Numbered from the stretch's first letter, positions 18,875 through 28,416 are shown. The stretch is 64,000 nt of DNA from Methanobacteriota archaeon (GCA_043799545.1 JAZDNO010000031.1:28633-92632), one strand, 5' to 3'. A program made the numbers and translations. The notes: a model not told the origin generated them from the sequence alone.

Positions 18875-20020
18875 ATGCATTTGAAAGTCAAGAGCGTCAT
18901 TCACCTGGACCAGGTGAAGGGGATAAAGCCGGAGGAGCTGGAGGAGCTTAGGAAGGTGAGCGCCAAGTACGCCTTCGCCTCGAACGAGTACTACCTCTCC
19001 CTGATAGATTGGAACGACCCGGACGATCCCATACGCAGGATTATAGTCCCTTGCAGGGAGGAGATGGACGACTGGGGCTCCCTCGACCCGTCGAACGAGA
19101 GCAGGTACACCGTGATGCCAGGCGTGGAGCACAAGTATTACAGGACCGTTTTGGTGCTGGCCAGCAACGCTTGCGCTGGGATATGCAGGTTCTGCTTTAG
19201 GAAGCGGATATTCCAGAGGGGGCACGCCGGCGTGGTCAAGGACGTGGACGCCGCATTGAAGTACATCAGGGACCACGAGGAGGTGACGAACGTCCTCCTG
19301 ACGGGCGGCGACCCGCTGATGCTCGCCACGTCGCGAATCGAGAAGCTTGTGGCTAGCCTGAGGGCGATAGACCACGTGCGCATTATCCGGATAGGCACGA
19401 AGATGGTGGCGTACAACCCGCACAGGATTCTGGACGACAAAGGGCTTCTCGAAATCTTCCGGAGGTACAGCACCCCCGAGAAGAGGATTTACGTGATCAC
19501 CCACTTCTCCCACGAGAGGGAGCTGACAGACGCGGCGGTGCGGGCCATCGACGAGATAAGGATGGCCGGGGGGATTCTCGCGAACCAGACGCCGTTGCTC
19601 ATGGGGGTGAACAGCGACCCGAAGGTGCTGGCAAGACTGTTCCAGAAGCTGTCGTTCGTCGGGGACCCTCCTTACTACGTCTTCCAGTGCCGCCCGGCGA
19701 TTGGCAACAGGACCTTTGCGGTTCCCATCGAGGAAGGATACCTGATATTCGAGAAGGCGAAGAGCATGGTCTCAGGTCTCGCCAAGCGTGCTCGGTTCGT
19801 CATGTCGCACGCTTCTGGAAAGATAGAGATTGTCGCCGTGACCAAGGAACACACGTATTTCAAATACCACCGCGCGGCGAGCGACGAAGACTGCGGCAAG
19901 ATTATGGTGTTCAAGAGGAATACGCAGGCGTACTGGTTCGATGACTACAAGGAGCCCGTGTTCGTGGAGAAGCTCTTCACCGGGCTTCACCAGAACGTTG
20001 GGGAGGACGAGTTGGTGTAG
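18875..20020 (+). CDS. KamA-family radical SAM protein (lysine 2,3-aminomutase-like, short form)
   Basis: HKY, CAGICRFCFRK, LLTGGDPL, NQTPLL.GVN, PYY.FQC, SGKIE. Confidence 0.88.
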   Translation: MHLKVKSVIHLDQVKGIKPEELEELRKVSAKYAFASNEYYLSLIDWNDPDDPIRRIIVPCREEMDDWGSLDPSNESRYTVMPGVEHKYYRTVLVLASNACAGICRFCFRKRIFQRGHAGVVKDVDAALKYIRDHEEVTNVLLTGGDPLMLATSRIEKLVASLRAIDHVRIIRIGTKMVAYNPHRILDDKGLLEIFRRYSTPEKRIYVITHFSHERELTDAAVRAIDEIRMAGGILANQTPLLMGVNSDPKVLARLFQKLSFVGDPPYYVFQCRPAIGNRTFAVPIEEGYLIFEKAKSMVSGLAKRARFVMSHASGKIEIVAVTKEHTYFKYHRAASDEDCGKIMVFKRNTQAYWFDDYKEPVFVEKLFTGLHQNVGEDELV

Positions 20021-20143
20021 GCGGGCTCGACCTGGTCCCGCATAGCAACCCCCGCGCGATGCCATCATGCTTATATGCCATGACGCCGTTATGGAATTGG
20101 TGGGCATGCAGGCCCGCCGTCCAGCAAAAGGCGGGGTGACAAA

Positions 20144-21415
20144 ATGGCCATCGGATTTTCGCACCTCTTCTCGGAGAGGGCGCGCGCGATGAAGGCGTCG
20201 GAGATAAGGGAGCTTTTGAAGGTCACCCAGAAGAAGGGCGTTATCTCCTTCGCCGGCGGGCTGCCGAACCCCGCCGCGTTCCCAGTTGAGCAGATAAAGG
20301 AAATATCAGAACGGCTGCTGGCCGAGCGCCCGGAGGAGATCCTCCAGTACGGAACGACCGAGGGCGTCACGGAGCTGCGCCGCGCAATCGCCGAGCGCAT
20401 GGTGAGGAAGGGGATAGAGTGCACGGAGAAGAACGTCCTCATCACCCAGGGCTCGCAGCAGGGGCTGGACCTCATCAGCAAGGTCTTCCTGGACCCGCGG
20501 AACCTCGTCATCACCGGCTTCCCCACGTACCTCGGGGCCGCCAACTCGTTCGCGGCATACCAGGCTCAGATGGAGGGGATACCGCTCGACGACGACGGCA
20601 TGCCCCCGGACCTCCTGGAGGAGAAGCTCTGGCGGATGCACCGACACGGGCGGAACTCGAAGATGCTCTACCTGGTGCCGACGTTCCAGAACCCCTCGGG
20701 GGTGACGATGACCGAGAGCAGGCGCAGGAAGATGCTGGAAATCGCCGCGCAGCACGACCTCCTGGTCATCGAGGACGACCCGTACAGCGACATCCGTTTC
20801 GAGGGGGACGAGGTGAAGCCGATGAAGTCGTTCGACAAGGACGGCAGGGTGATTTACCTCGGCACGTTCTCGAAGATACTAGCCCCAGGTTTGCGCGTAG
20901 CCTGGGCGATAGGCCCGGAGGAGATGCTCGCGAAGATGATAATCGCGAAGCAGTCCACGGACCTTTGCTCCAACACCTTCGGCCAGTGGATAGCGCACGA
21001 GTACCTGGCGAGCGGGCAGGTCGAGCCCCACGTCGCGAAGATATGCCAGCTGTACAAGCGCAAGCGCGACATAATGCTCGGGGCGATGAAGGAGCACTTC
21101 CCCGAGGGCGCGGCCTGGACGAGGCCGCAGGGCGGCATGTTCACGTGGGCCACGCTCCCGGCGCACATAGACACGCGGGAGATGTTCCAGCAGGCGCTGG
21201 GCAAGAACGTCGCGTACGTCATCGGCTCTGCCTTCTTCCCGGACCACTCGGGCCGCAACACGATGAGGCTCAACTTCACCTACCCGACGGACGAGGATTT
21301 GGTAGAGGGCGTGAAGCGCCTGGCGGGCGTCATTAGGGAGGAGATGTCGGTCACCAGCACCCAGGCCAAGAAGCACGTCCAGGAGAAGATGAACGGGATG
21401 CTCGCTGGGGTCTAG
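20144..21415 (+). CDS. PLP-dependent class I aminotransferase (2-aminoadipate/aromatic type)
   Basis: ISFAGGLP, QYGTTEG, GSQQGLD, TFQNPSG, EDDPY, TFSKILAPGLR. Confidence 0.9.
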   Translation: MAIGFSHLFSERARAMKASEIRELLKVTQKKGVISFAGGLPNPAAFPVEQIKEISERLLAERPEEILQYGTTEGVTELRRAIAERMVRKGIECTEKNVLITQGSQQGLDLISKVFLDPRNLVITGFPTYLGAANSFAAYQAQMEGIPLDDDGMPPDLLEEKLWRMHRHGRNSKMLYLVPTFQNPSGVTMTESRRRKMLEIAAQHDLLVIEDDPYSDIRFEGDEVKPMKSFDKDGRVIYLGTFSKILAPGLRVAWAIGPEEMLAKMIIAKQSTDLCSNTFGQWIAHEYLASGQVEPHVAKICQLYKRKRDIMLGAMKEHFPEGAAWTRPQGGMFTWATLPAHIDTREMFQQALGKNVAYVIGSAFFPDHSGRNTMRLNFTYPTDEDLVEGVKRLAGVIREEMSVTSTQAKKHVQEKMNGMLAGV

Positions 21416-21449
21416 ATTCCCGGCGGTCTCTACTGCCTTCCCATTGCGG

Positions 21450-21479
21450 AAATCCCAGGTCCCGGGGAGCCTTGGGATT
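21450..21479 (+). terminator. Hairpin downstream of the aminotransferase, at the islet edge
   Basis: AATCCCAGG...CCTTGGGATT imperfect inverted repeat. Confidence 0.3.
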
Positions 21480-21577
21480 AGCGACTCCTTAACGTTTATC
21501 GTTCGGTAATCTTTTTTCGTGACGGCTTCTTTATTCTAACTCCTCATGCGTGTGACAAGAGATTAATCATCTGTGTG

Positions 21578-21724
21578 TCATGGTTGTTCAGTTTTGCTCT
21601 TCTTCTTCTCTGGTGGCGGCGGTGGAACACCGCCAGGTACTGCCACCATAACTTTTTCGAATATTTTCTCGGTTCCTTCTAGATGATCCAGCCTAGGTTG
21701 CTCTTTTTTCCTTTTTTCATCCAT
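21578..21724 (-). CDS. 48-aa Lys/Pro-rich small protein coupled to the SLATT-like gene
   Basis: MDEKRKKEQPRLDHLEGTEKIFEKVMVAVPGGVPPPPPEKKKSKTEQP*; ATG lies 1 nt after the upstream TAA. Confidence 0.55.
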   Translation of the reverse strand: MDEKRKKEQPRLDHLEGTEKIFEKVMVAVPGGVPPPPPEKKKSKTEQP

Positions 21725-21725
21725 A

Positions 21726-22220
21726 TTATCCCTCCGGTATTATTCCTAAATCCCTGAACACTTGTTGCTTTATTTCCAATTTTTCCTTAATAGGGAGCTT
21801 AATATTATATTTAATGTCGCTGTTCTTATCTAATTGTTCTACACGATCGCGTATCTTTTTATACTCTTTCGAGAGTTTATCTTCGGGCATATCCGAATGG
21901 TCCTCCCATAATCTATTGTAATCGACGCATATATTATTGATTCTTTCCAGGTTTTTTGTAACGTACTTACTCGAATCCGGTAGTTTTATCAGTGGTATTA
22001 TAATGGTTCCGACGCATGTGATGAGCGAGAAAACTTTCATAGCCCATTGTGTGTTGTCTAGCAACATCCAACTTCCGACAGTGGTCGAAGAGGTAAATGC
22101 AACGAAGAACTTTGAAAGTGTATCCCACCTATCGTACTTATCTCCGATTCGCTGATAGTACGCTACATTGAAGTTTGCCGTTACCATGGCCTTCCATAAT
22201 TTATCACGGGTTTCGGTCAT
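21726..22220 (-). CDS. Two-TM protein resembling SLATT effectors
   Basis: Helix-2TM-helix layout (LWKAM..YYQ...KFFVAFTSS..W...FSLIT...P...YNRLWE); GGTGA SD before ATG 22220. Confidence 0.55.
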   Translation of the reverse strand: MTETRDKLWKAMVTANFNVAYYQRIGDKYDRWDTLSKFFVAFTSSTTVGSWMLLDNTQWAMKVFSLITCVGTIIIPLIKLPDSSKYVTKNLERINNICVDYNRLWEDHSDMPEDKLSKEYKKIRDRVEQLDKNSDIKYNIKLPIKEKLEIKQQVFRDLGIIPEG

Positions 22221-22447
22221 AACAACACTCACCATGTTCACGATGCTTAAACATGTATAATAATGTATCACAAATCTTCTCATATCGATATTTTTTATTA
22301 TTGTTTAGTCTAACAGTCCGAAATCCTCCTTGAGCTTGTCGAACTTGTGATCATTCGATGGAACAATCGCCCTCTGGACTATCGATCTCATTCGTCAGCG
22401 ATTCCCGCGTCCTGCATCTTGTTCTATCTATTACTCTTTTTAATTTA

Positions 22448-23467
22448 TTATAATTTTTGTCTCTGATGTTGCGTTCCACATCTGGGGCAGATAGAATCGC
22501 TGTTTAACGGTGTTCCACAATTCCAGCAAGTGCCATAGTTCTGCGGCGTTTTCGTGTGCGACATGGATATTGCGGCCACAACAATTACAATAATTACAAT
22601 TATAATGACAAGTATTAATCCAAATAAGAGTGGAGTGTATGTGGTGGATGTAGAGCTAGAGTCATCGAAACCATCATTACTATCTTCATTAGTGTTGTCG
22701 ATTGGTGTAGTATCATCGATAGGAGCGATGTAATCGTGTCTGGTTGGATCGTATGGGTAGTAATCTGAGTTATCACCTACACCATCATTATCGGAATCCC
22801 TTGTTTCGCTCGCATCAGTTGGGAATGCGTCAGCATTGTCCCCCACACCATCGTTATCTGTGTCCTTTGATTCGGTAGAATCAAGCGGGAACTCGTCAGC
22901 GTTATCGCCTACACCATCGTTATCTGAATCTGTTGTTTCAAGAGGATTGTCTGGGAATGCGTCGTCCGTGTCTGCCACACCATCGTCGTCTCTATCCCTT
23001 CCAGCAATATCTATGATATTGTCAACGGTTGTTACACTCGTAGGTTGCCAACCGAGTAGCCAATTATTAGTTTCATATGTTATTTTGGCATGGTAGTAAT
23101 GGACACCTAATGTAGTCGAAACTGGAACGCTGAAATGTATAGTGACACTCATTGAATCATCTGTTGCAAGATACTTCGGGTCCGGAGTGAACACGCCCTC
23201 ATAATAATATCCTGCAGCATACCAGTCGAACCAAATACCAATATAGGTTATTCTTATCTGCTCATTTGCACCGTTCTTAAAAGAGATAGAAATGTCCTTG
23301 GTCTCATCTTGACGCACTGGAGTATCAAAGAAGACAAATTTTATTTCCTCTATTGTTGCAGCGCTACAAATCGGTGCAAGTGCACTCACTATTAGTAAAG
23401 CCACAAAAATCAATCCTACGATTTTATTCCGTCTCTTGAAGCGGCTCATCCGATTCCCTCGAGGCAC
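22448..23467 (-). CDS. Membrane-anchored protein with thrombospondin type 3-like Ca-binding repeats and a C-terminal Zn ribbon
   Basis: Signal peptide; repeated DxDNDGVGDNADxFP; TM helix; CWNC...CPRC. Confidence 0.8.
   Translation of the reverse strand: MPRGNRMSRFKRRNKIVGLIFVALLIVSALAPICSAATIEEIKFVFFDTPVRQDETKDISISFKNGANEQIRITYIGIWFDWYAAGYYYEGVFTPDPKYLATDDSMSVTIHFSVPVSTTLGVHYYHAKITYETNNWLLGWQPTSVTTVDNIIDIAGRDRDDDGVADTDDAFPDNPLETTDSDNDGVGDNADEFPLDSTESKDTDNDGVGDNADAFPTDASETRDSDNDGVGDNSDYYPYDPTRHDYIAPIDDTTPIDNTNEDSNDGFDDSSSTSTTYTPLLFGLILVIIIVIIVIVVAAISMSHTKTPQNYGTCWNCGTPLNSDSICPRCGTQHQRQKL
22760..22995 (-). repeat. Four imperfect 66-bp (22-aa) coding tandem repeats
   Basis: ACACCATC core recurs at 22779, 22845, 22911 and 22977. 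Confidence 0.85.
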
Positions 23468-23616
23468 CCATCATCGACGCTATATAAGCCACTTTCGGAT
23501 GGGTTCAATGAGCGTTGGGATTCGTTGTGAAATAACTATTTGAATGCTGGTGGTTGCTCCTCCGAATAACCATGTGAGCCGATTCGCACAGCCGGGGAAA
23601 ATCTCTGGATTCCTAA

Positions 23617-24318
23617 TCAGTATATCGTCGCCCCTGCCAGCACGTCTATTCCGTTCTTTCCCATCGAGTACGGCTTCACCTTGCGCGAGTGCGCCGTCCG
23701 CCGCATCTTCATGACCCTTATCGCCAGCATGACCTCGTTCTTCTCCTTCAGGTCGACGTAGGACAGCACTATGACGCCGTCGGCGACGTACTCTACCAGC
23801 CCGTCGCGCGAAACCGTCGGCTGCTCCGGCCTCGCTTCGGCAGTGAATATCGCGGTCGCGCCGGCCTTCTTGATTATCTGGCAGAGCGAGAAGAGCTGCG
23901 CCCTGCACTCGCTCTCCGTCTCGAAGAGCATGTTGAGCAGCGATATCGAATCCAGGACGAGTCGCTTGGCCCCGCGGCGCAGTATCTCCGCCGGCAGCTC
24001 GTTCTTCATGCGCGCGAGCGCGGCCTTCGCGTCCGAGGGGTCGAGCTTGAAAACCGCCAGCGCCCCGCTCTGGATGTGCGGCGCGATGTCCCAGCCGTAG
24101 GCGAGCGCGTTCTTGGCTATGGCCTCCTGGTCCTCCTCCAGGCTGATGTAAATCCCCGGCTCCCCGGCCTTGACTCCGGCCATGAGGTACTGGAGGCTGA
24201 GGGTCGTCTTGCCCGTACCGCAGGACCCTATGAGGGCGACTATGTGGCCGCGCGGGACGCCCCCGTTGAGCATTTCGTCCAGCCCCTGAACTCCCGTGCT
24301 GACTTTGTCTTCCGGCAT
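23617..24318 (-). CDS. KaiC/RAD55-like RecA-superfamily ATPase, single domain, intact motifs
   Basis: STGVQGLDEML.GG, Walker A GSCGTGKTT, ISLEE, LDS, KMRRT. Confidence 0.88.
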   Translation of the reverse strand: MPEDKVSTGVQGLDEMLNGGVPRGHIVALIGSCGTGKTTLSLQYLMAGVKAGEPGIYISLEEDQEAIAKNALAYGWDIAPHIQSGALAVFKLDPSDAKAALARMKNELPAEILRRGAKRLVLDSISLLNMLFETESECRAQLFSLCQIIKKAGATAIFTAEARPEQPTVSRDGLVEYVADGVIVLSYVDLKEKNEVMLAIRVMKMRRTAHSRKVKPYSMGKNGIDVLAGATIY

Positions 24319-24326
24319 TTTTCCAC

Positions 24327-25175
24327 CTACATTATCTTGTCCATGTTTATCACGACGAGGCCGCCCTTGGCGCTGACCATCGTAGGGAACCTGGCAATCC
24401 TGTCCCGCTCCACGTGCGGCAGGACGGTCATGAACTTCTCTATGTACATGTAACGCTGGCGGCCCGAGCCCTTCGTGTACCTCTGCCACTCGAAGACTAT
24501 GACTCCGTCCACCGAGTCAACAATCATCTGCTGCTCCTTGGGGTCCAGGATGTCCTTCGTTAGAAGCAGGTAGACTATGCCGCCCCACCTCTTGGCCGCG
24601 CGCTGCATCCCCCTGAGCACCGTGATGAGGTCGCGCGTGTCGACGGTCTTTGATATGACCAGATCCGTCAGGGAGTCTATGACGACGAGGGCGTTTCGGG
24701 CGTTCTCGTCCAGGAACTTCACTAGGGCGTTGAGGACGTCCTCCTTTTCTGGGGATTCGAAGAGGGAGCCCCCGTTGTCTCCGGTGTTCGTCCATGAAGC
24801 TGGCACGATGCTCTGGCGGAAGTAGTTGGCGGAGAAATCCTTGAAGACCAGCTTGTCCTTCAGCCCCTCGTAGTAGGTGTAGTCGAACGACGTGGCCACC
24901 TCGCGCAGGATGTCCTCCTTCGGGCGGACGAATGTGATGTAGCACAGCTTCTCCGGAAGCGATGCGTAATCGCAGTAGCTGCCGAGGTAGTGGTGCATGT
25001 ACTCCGGCCTGCCCTGCACAGTCGCAATCTTGAAAAGCGAGGTGTATACGAACTCGTTCTGGCCTGCGCCGACGTCCCCAAGGAGAAGCACGACGCTGCC
25101 CCCTGGCAGGCCGCCCTTGATTATCGAGTCGAAGTCCGACACTCCAGTCGGCACTCGTTTGACATCGTCGCCCAT
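24327..25175 (-). CDS. KaiC/RAD55-like protein with degenerate Walker A
   Basis: PTGVSDFDSIIKGG, GDVGAGQNEF (no Lys), no EE pair, IDSL, DSVDGV retained. Confidence 0.8.
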   Translation of the reverse strand: MGDDVKRVPTGVSDFDSIIKGGLPGGSVVLLLGDVGAGQNEFVYTSLFKIATVQGRPEYMHHYLGSYCDYASLPEKLCYITFVRPKEDILREVATSFDYTYYEGLKDKLVFKDFSANYFRQSIVPASWTNTGDNGGSLFESPEKEDVLNALVKFLDENARNALVVIDSLTDLVISKTVDTRDLITVLRGMQRAAKRWGGIVYLLLTKDILDPKEQQMIVDSVDGVIVFEWQRYTKGSGRQRYMYIEKFMTVLPHVERDRIARFPTMVSAKGGLVVINMDKIM

Positions 25176-25293
25176 CCGTTCACCTATGCATGGACATATC
25201 GGTTCTCACCGATATATAACTTTCTTCCGGGGCAAATGGTCCCGCGAAGGCAACCCCGAAAAGCCTTAAATCCGCCAAGCCTATCGGTGCCTC

Positions 25294-25620
25294 ATGCCCG
25301 ATAACGATTTCTCCATCTGCATGATGAACACGCCAAGGGGAGTAATTATTGACTTCGAGATCACCGCTGGCTCGCCAGTCTCGTCCGTCTTCGGCGTCAA
25401 CAAGTGGCGCGAGCGCATCAAAACTTCGATTGCAGCGAAGGCGAAGGACGGCGCGGCGAACCGGGAGATGCTGAGGTTCTTGGCAGGCGTCTTCGGCGTC
25501 CCTTCATCCTCAATCCAGCTTGTCTCCGGGGAGAAATCGTCCCAGAAGAGGGTGGAAGTCGCGGGCATGAACGTCGATGTGGCGGTGAAGAAGCTGGAGG
25601 CCGCCCTTGGACGATGCTGA
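25294..25620 (+). CDS. DUF167/UPF0235 (YggU-like) protein
   Basis: AKDGAANREM..FL...FG, I.LVSGEKSSQK. Confidence 0.85.
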   Translation: MPDNDFSICMMNTPRGVIIDFEITAGSPVSSVFGVNKWRERIKTSIAAKAKDGAANREMLRFLAGVFGVPSSSIQLVSGEKSSQKRVEVAGMNVDVAVKKLEAALGRC

Positions 25621-26065
25621 GCGCCTGGAACTCCTCGATAAACTCATCGAGGAACTGAAGGAGGCTTCTCTCTCGATGCCGATAATCGTCGAGGGGAAGC
25701 GCGACACGAAGGCGTTGAGGGCGCTGGGAGTCGAGGGAGAAATAATCGGGCTCAACCAGGGAATGGGGATTGTCGCGTTCTGCGAGGGCGTGGCCCGCGC
25801 CCATGGAAAGGTCATCCTCCTCACCGACTGGGACGCGAAGGGGGGGAAGCTCCACCGCGCTTTGGCCGACTGCTTCAAATCACTGGGGGTCAAGACCGAC
25901 GGCGAGCTCCGGCGCGGGCTGGCGCGCCTGGCGAAGAAGGGCGCAAAGGACGTCGAGGGCGTCCCGGGGTTCATCCTATGGCTCGTGAAGCAGGACGGGG
26001 CGGGGCTGAAGACGACCATCGACTACGCGAAGCGGGTGAGGGCGCGCAGGGAAAAGGATATCTAG
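25607..26065 (+). CDS. Small toprim-domain protein
   Basis: IIVEGKRD, ILLTDWD..G. Confidence 0.85.
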   Translation: MDDAERLELLDKLIEELKEASLSMPIIVEGKRDTKALRALGVEGEIIGLNQGMGIVAFCEGVARAHGKVILLTDWDAKGGKLHRALADCFKSLGVKTDGELRRGLARLAKKGAKDVEGVPGFILWLVKQDGAGLKTTIDYAKRVRARREKDI

Positions 26066-26095
26066 CGCCATGCGGATTTGAGGCGGGTGACAGGA

Positions 26096-26578
26096 ATGGA
26101 ACTCAAGCTAGTCGCAATCGAGAAGCCGGAGGACGCAAATTTCATACTCGGCCAGAGCCACTTCATCAAGACCGCCGAGGACGTCTACGAGGCGATGGTC
26201 AACTCTGTCCCGGGGGCGAAGTTCGGGGTTGCTTTCTGCGAAGCATCGGGCGACAGGCTCCTGCGCATGGAGGGGAACGACCCGGAGATGCTGGAGTTGG
26301 CGAAGAGGAACGCTCTGGCAATCGGTGCGGGGCATTCGTTTATGGTGTTCATGCGCAACGCATATCCCGTCAATGTTCTCGGGGCAATCAAAAGCGTCCC
26401 CGAAGTGTGCAATATCTTCTGCGCGACAGCGAACGCCACCCAGGTCGTCGTAGCTGAAACGGAGCAGGGGCGCGGGATACTCGGAGTCATCGATGGCCAC
26501 CCCCCCAAAGGCGTCGAGGACGACGCGGGGAAGAGGTGGAGGAAGGAGTTCCTGAGGAAGATAGGGTACAAGCTGTAG
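26096..26578 (+). CDS. Adenosine-specific kinase family protein (PF04008-like)
   Basis: ILGQSHFIKT.ED, AFCEASG, GAGHSF, CATAN, GILGVIDG. Confidence 0.85.
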   Translation: MELKLVAIEKPEDANFILGQSHFIKTAEDVYEAMVNSVPGAKFGVAFCEASGDRLLRMEGNDPEMLELAKRNALAIGAGHSFMVFMRNAYPVNVLGAIKSVPEVCNIFCATANATQVVVAETEQGRGILGVIDGHPPKGVEDDAGKRWRKEFLRKIGYKL

Positions 26579-26681
26579 AACATTTGGACCCAATTTGGGC
26601 ACGATTCCGGCAAACGGATATTTAGCCTAGCCTCCATAGTTCGCCCGGCGAGGAAAAACGCCGACATGGAGGCAAACAAAC

Positions 26682-27389
26682 ATGGAAAAGAAAAAGACAA
26701 TCGGAGCCGTACTGGCGCTCGCACTGCTGTTCTCATCTATCGGAATGATTGCGGCAGCGCAGGCAGCCACCGACGATGGCGCTGGCGATACTGGCGCTGT
26801 CGAAGTTACGGCGGGCGAGCAAGGGAACGAAACGACGGAGTTGCGCGTCCTCATAACCATGGAGCAGAGGGCGGCGATGTCCGCAGTCGTCGACGAGATG
26901 CGCGCGGCGAACGTGACCCACGACGACATCATGGCCGAGATAGACGCGATGACGAGGGACTACATGGCGCAGAACCTCGAATCGTACGGGGTGGCTGAAG
27001 CGGACTCGGCCAAGATACTAGACGCAATCGACGATATCGATGCCATGGAGCAGGAGATTCGCGACACGGCAGAGGAGCTCCGTGAGCTTGGCCTGAACAG
27101 GCGCGAGATTCGCAACCAGACGCAGCCCATGCTCGATGAGATGCGCACGATGCGCACCGGGCTGGCAGACCTGCTTGCGCAGTACGACATACTCCCGCCG
27201 ATGTGTGGCCCGGCGGGGCCCGGGATGATGCCACGCCAGGGATTCGGGCAGAACGGCACGGGGTGCATGGGGCCGCAGGGACGAGAGGGAAATGGGCCGC
27301 AAGGCATGGGTGGAATGGGTGGCATGAGGCCGGGCAGGCCGATTCCTCCGAACGGGAACTGCACCGGAAGACAAGGTTTCGAACCTTGA
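26682..27389 (+). CDS. Secreted helical protein with a Gly/Met/Pro-rich tail
   Basis: Signal peptide KKKTIGAVLALALL; helical core; GPGMM/GMGGMGG tail. Confidence 0.65.
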   Translation: MEKKKTIGAVLALALLFSSIGMIAAAQAATDDGAGDTGAVEVTAGEQGNETTELRVLITMEQRAAMSAVVDEMRAANVTHDDIMAEIDAMTRDYMAQNLESYGVAEADSAKILDAIDDIDAMEQEIRDTAEELRELGLNRREIRNQTQPMLDEMRTMRTGLADLLAQYDILPPMCGPAGPGMMPRQGFGQNGTGCMGPQGREGNGPQGMGGMGGMRPGRPIPPNGNCTGRQGFEP

Positions 27390-27539
27390 ACCTGGACTGA
27401 ACCCGCGTAAATCATTTAGCGGGACGGAGGCAATTGCCCATAGCGCCTCCGTCCTGCGTCATTATTGCATGCCACACGCACGTTGGCACTAGAAACGGCA
27501 AGGCATGATTTATATGTCGAACGGGGCATACGTGATTGG

Positions 27540-27866
27540 ATGCAGGCTGTCAGGCAGCTGATATGGTGGCTCATCGCGGGGAGCGAGGGCGGAGTGAACA
27601 GGGGGCGCATAATCGAGACGCTGAAGAAGAACCCCTCCAACGCGAACCAGCTTTCGGAATCATTGAAGCTCGACTACAAGACAATCCGACATCATCTGGA
27701 CGTTCTGACCAAGAACAATCTCGTGACGACGATAGGCGGAAGCTACGGCAAGATGTTTTTCCTGTCCCCGATGCTCGACCAAGACTACGGCGTTTTCGAG
27801 GAGATTTGGGCCAGAATTGGGAAAAACGAGGTAAAAGGCGGGAAGCATGAGGATGTGAGCAAATGA
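27540..27866 (+). CDS. ArsR-like winged-helix regulator
   Basis: LIWWLIAGSEGG.NR.RII...NANQLS..L.LDYKTIRHHLDVL. Confidence 0.85.
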   Translation: MQAVRQLIWWLIAGSEGGVNRGRIIETLKKNPSNANQLSESLKLDYKTIRHHLDVLTKNNLVTTIGGSYGKMFFLSPMLDQDYGVFEEIWARIGKNEVKGGKHEDVSK

Positions 27867-28312
27867 ACAAGGAAACGAAGTTGGTGCTGATAATCGTGGC
27901 GATGATAGCAGTGGCCGGGGCGGTCGGGTTTGCGTCGAGCAGCGTATTGATCAAACCTCCCGAGCACTTCGTGCCGCCGGACTTCAATCCCGAGCAGCCT
28001 CCCCCCAACAGGATCGACCCGGCAGACAGGGACAGCTTCATCAATGCCAAGTCCGCACTGACGATGATAAACATGGTGCTCTCGGTAGCGCTCATTGCCC
28101 TCTACGTGAAGATATACGGGGAAACAAAGGCGCAGTTCACGATGGGTCTGATATCCGTCATGCTGGCGTTGTTCCTGTACGCGCTGATGTCCAACCCGAT
28201 GATTCCGATGCTGTTCGGCTACCGCATCTTCGGTGTGGGGCTGTTCTCGATAATGCCGGACATATTCACGACGGTAGCCCTGTCGATTCTCATCTATCTC
28301 ACCGTGAAATAG
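27863..28312 (+). CDS. Membrane protein (about 4 TM), hypothetical
   Basis: Overlaps the upstream stop; LYVKIYGETKAQFTMGL pattern. Confidence 0.7.
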   Translation: MNKETKLVLIIVAMIAVAGAVGFASSSVLIKPPEHFVPPDFNPEQPPPNRIDPADRDSFINAKSALTMINMVLSVALIALYVKIYGETKAQFTMGLISVMLALFLYALMSNPMIPMLFGYRIFGVGLFSIMPDIFTTVALSILIYLTVK

Positions 28313-28416
28313 TTTGGGAGAGATTTGGGTGAGACTCTGGTAAATCGATATTAACGGTGCCGCCGTACAAGCAGACGTGCCGTTCAGCTAGACATAGCGG
28401 CCAAAGGAGTGAAAGC

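Larger units (their letters stand above)
21500..23600. mobile_element. AT-rich genomic islet, probably horizontally acquired; no integrase; boundaries approximate
   Basis: Abrupt drop in GC and AT-ending codons relative to both flanks. Confidence 0.6.

Noticed and set aside
21411-21423. 13-nt exact match TCTAGATTCCCGG to the odd tRNA (59965-59977) at the left edge of the first islet
   Set aside because: Short enough to arise by chance in 64 kb, 38 kb away, and no integrase is present.
22760-22995. Regular 66-bp repeats as a CRISPR array
   Set aside because: In-frame coding TSP3-like repeats with no unique spacers and no cas genes.
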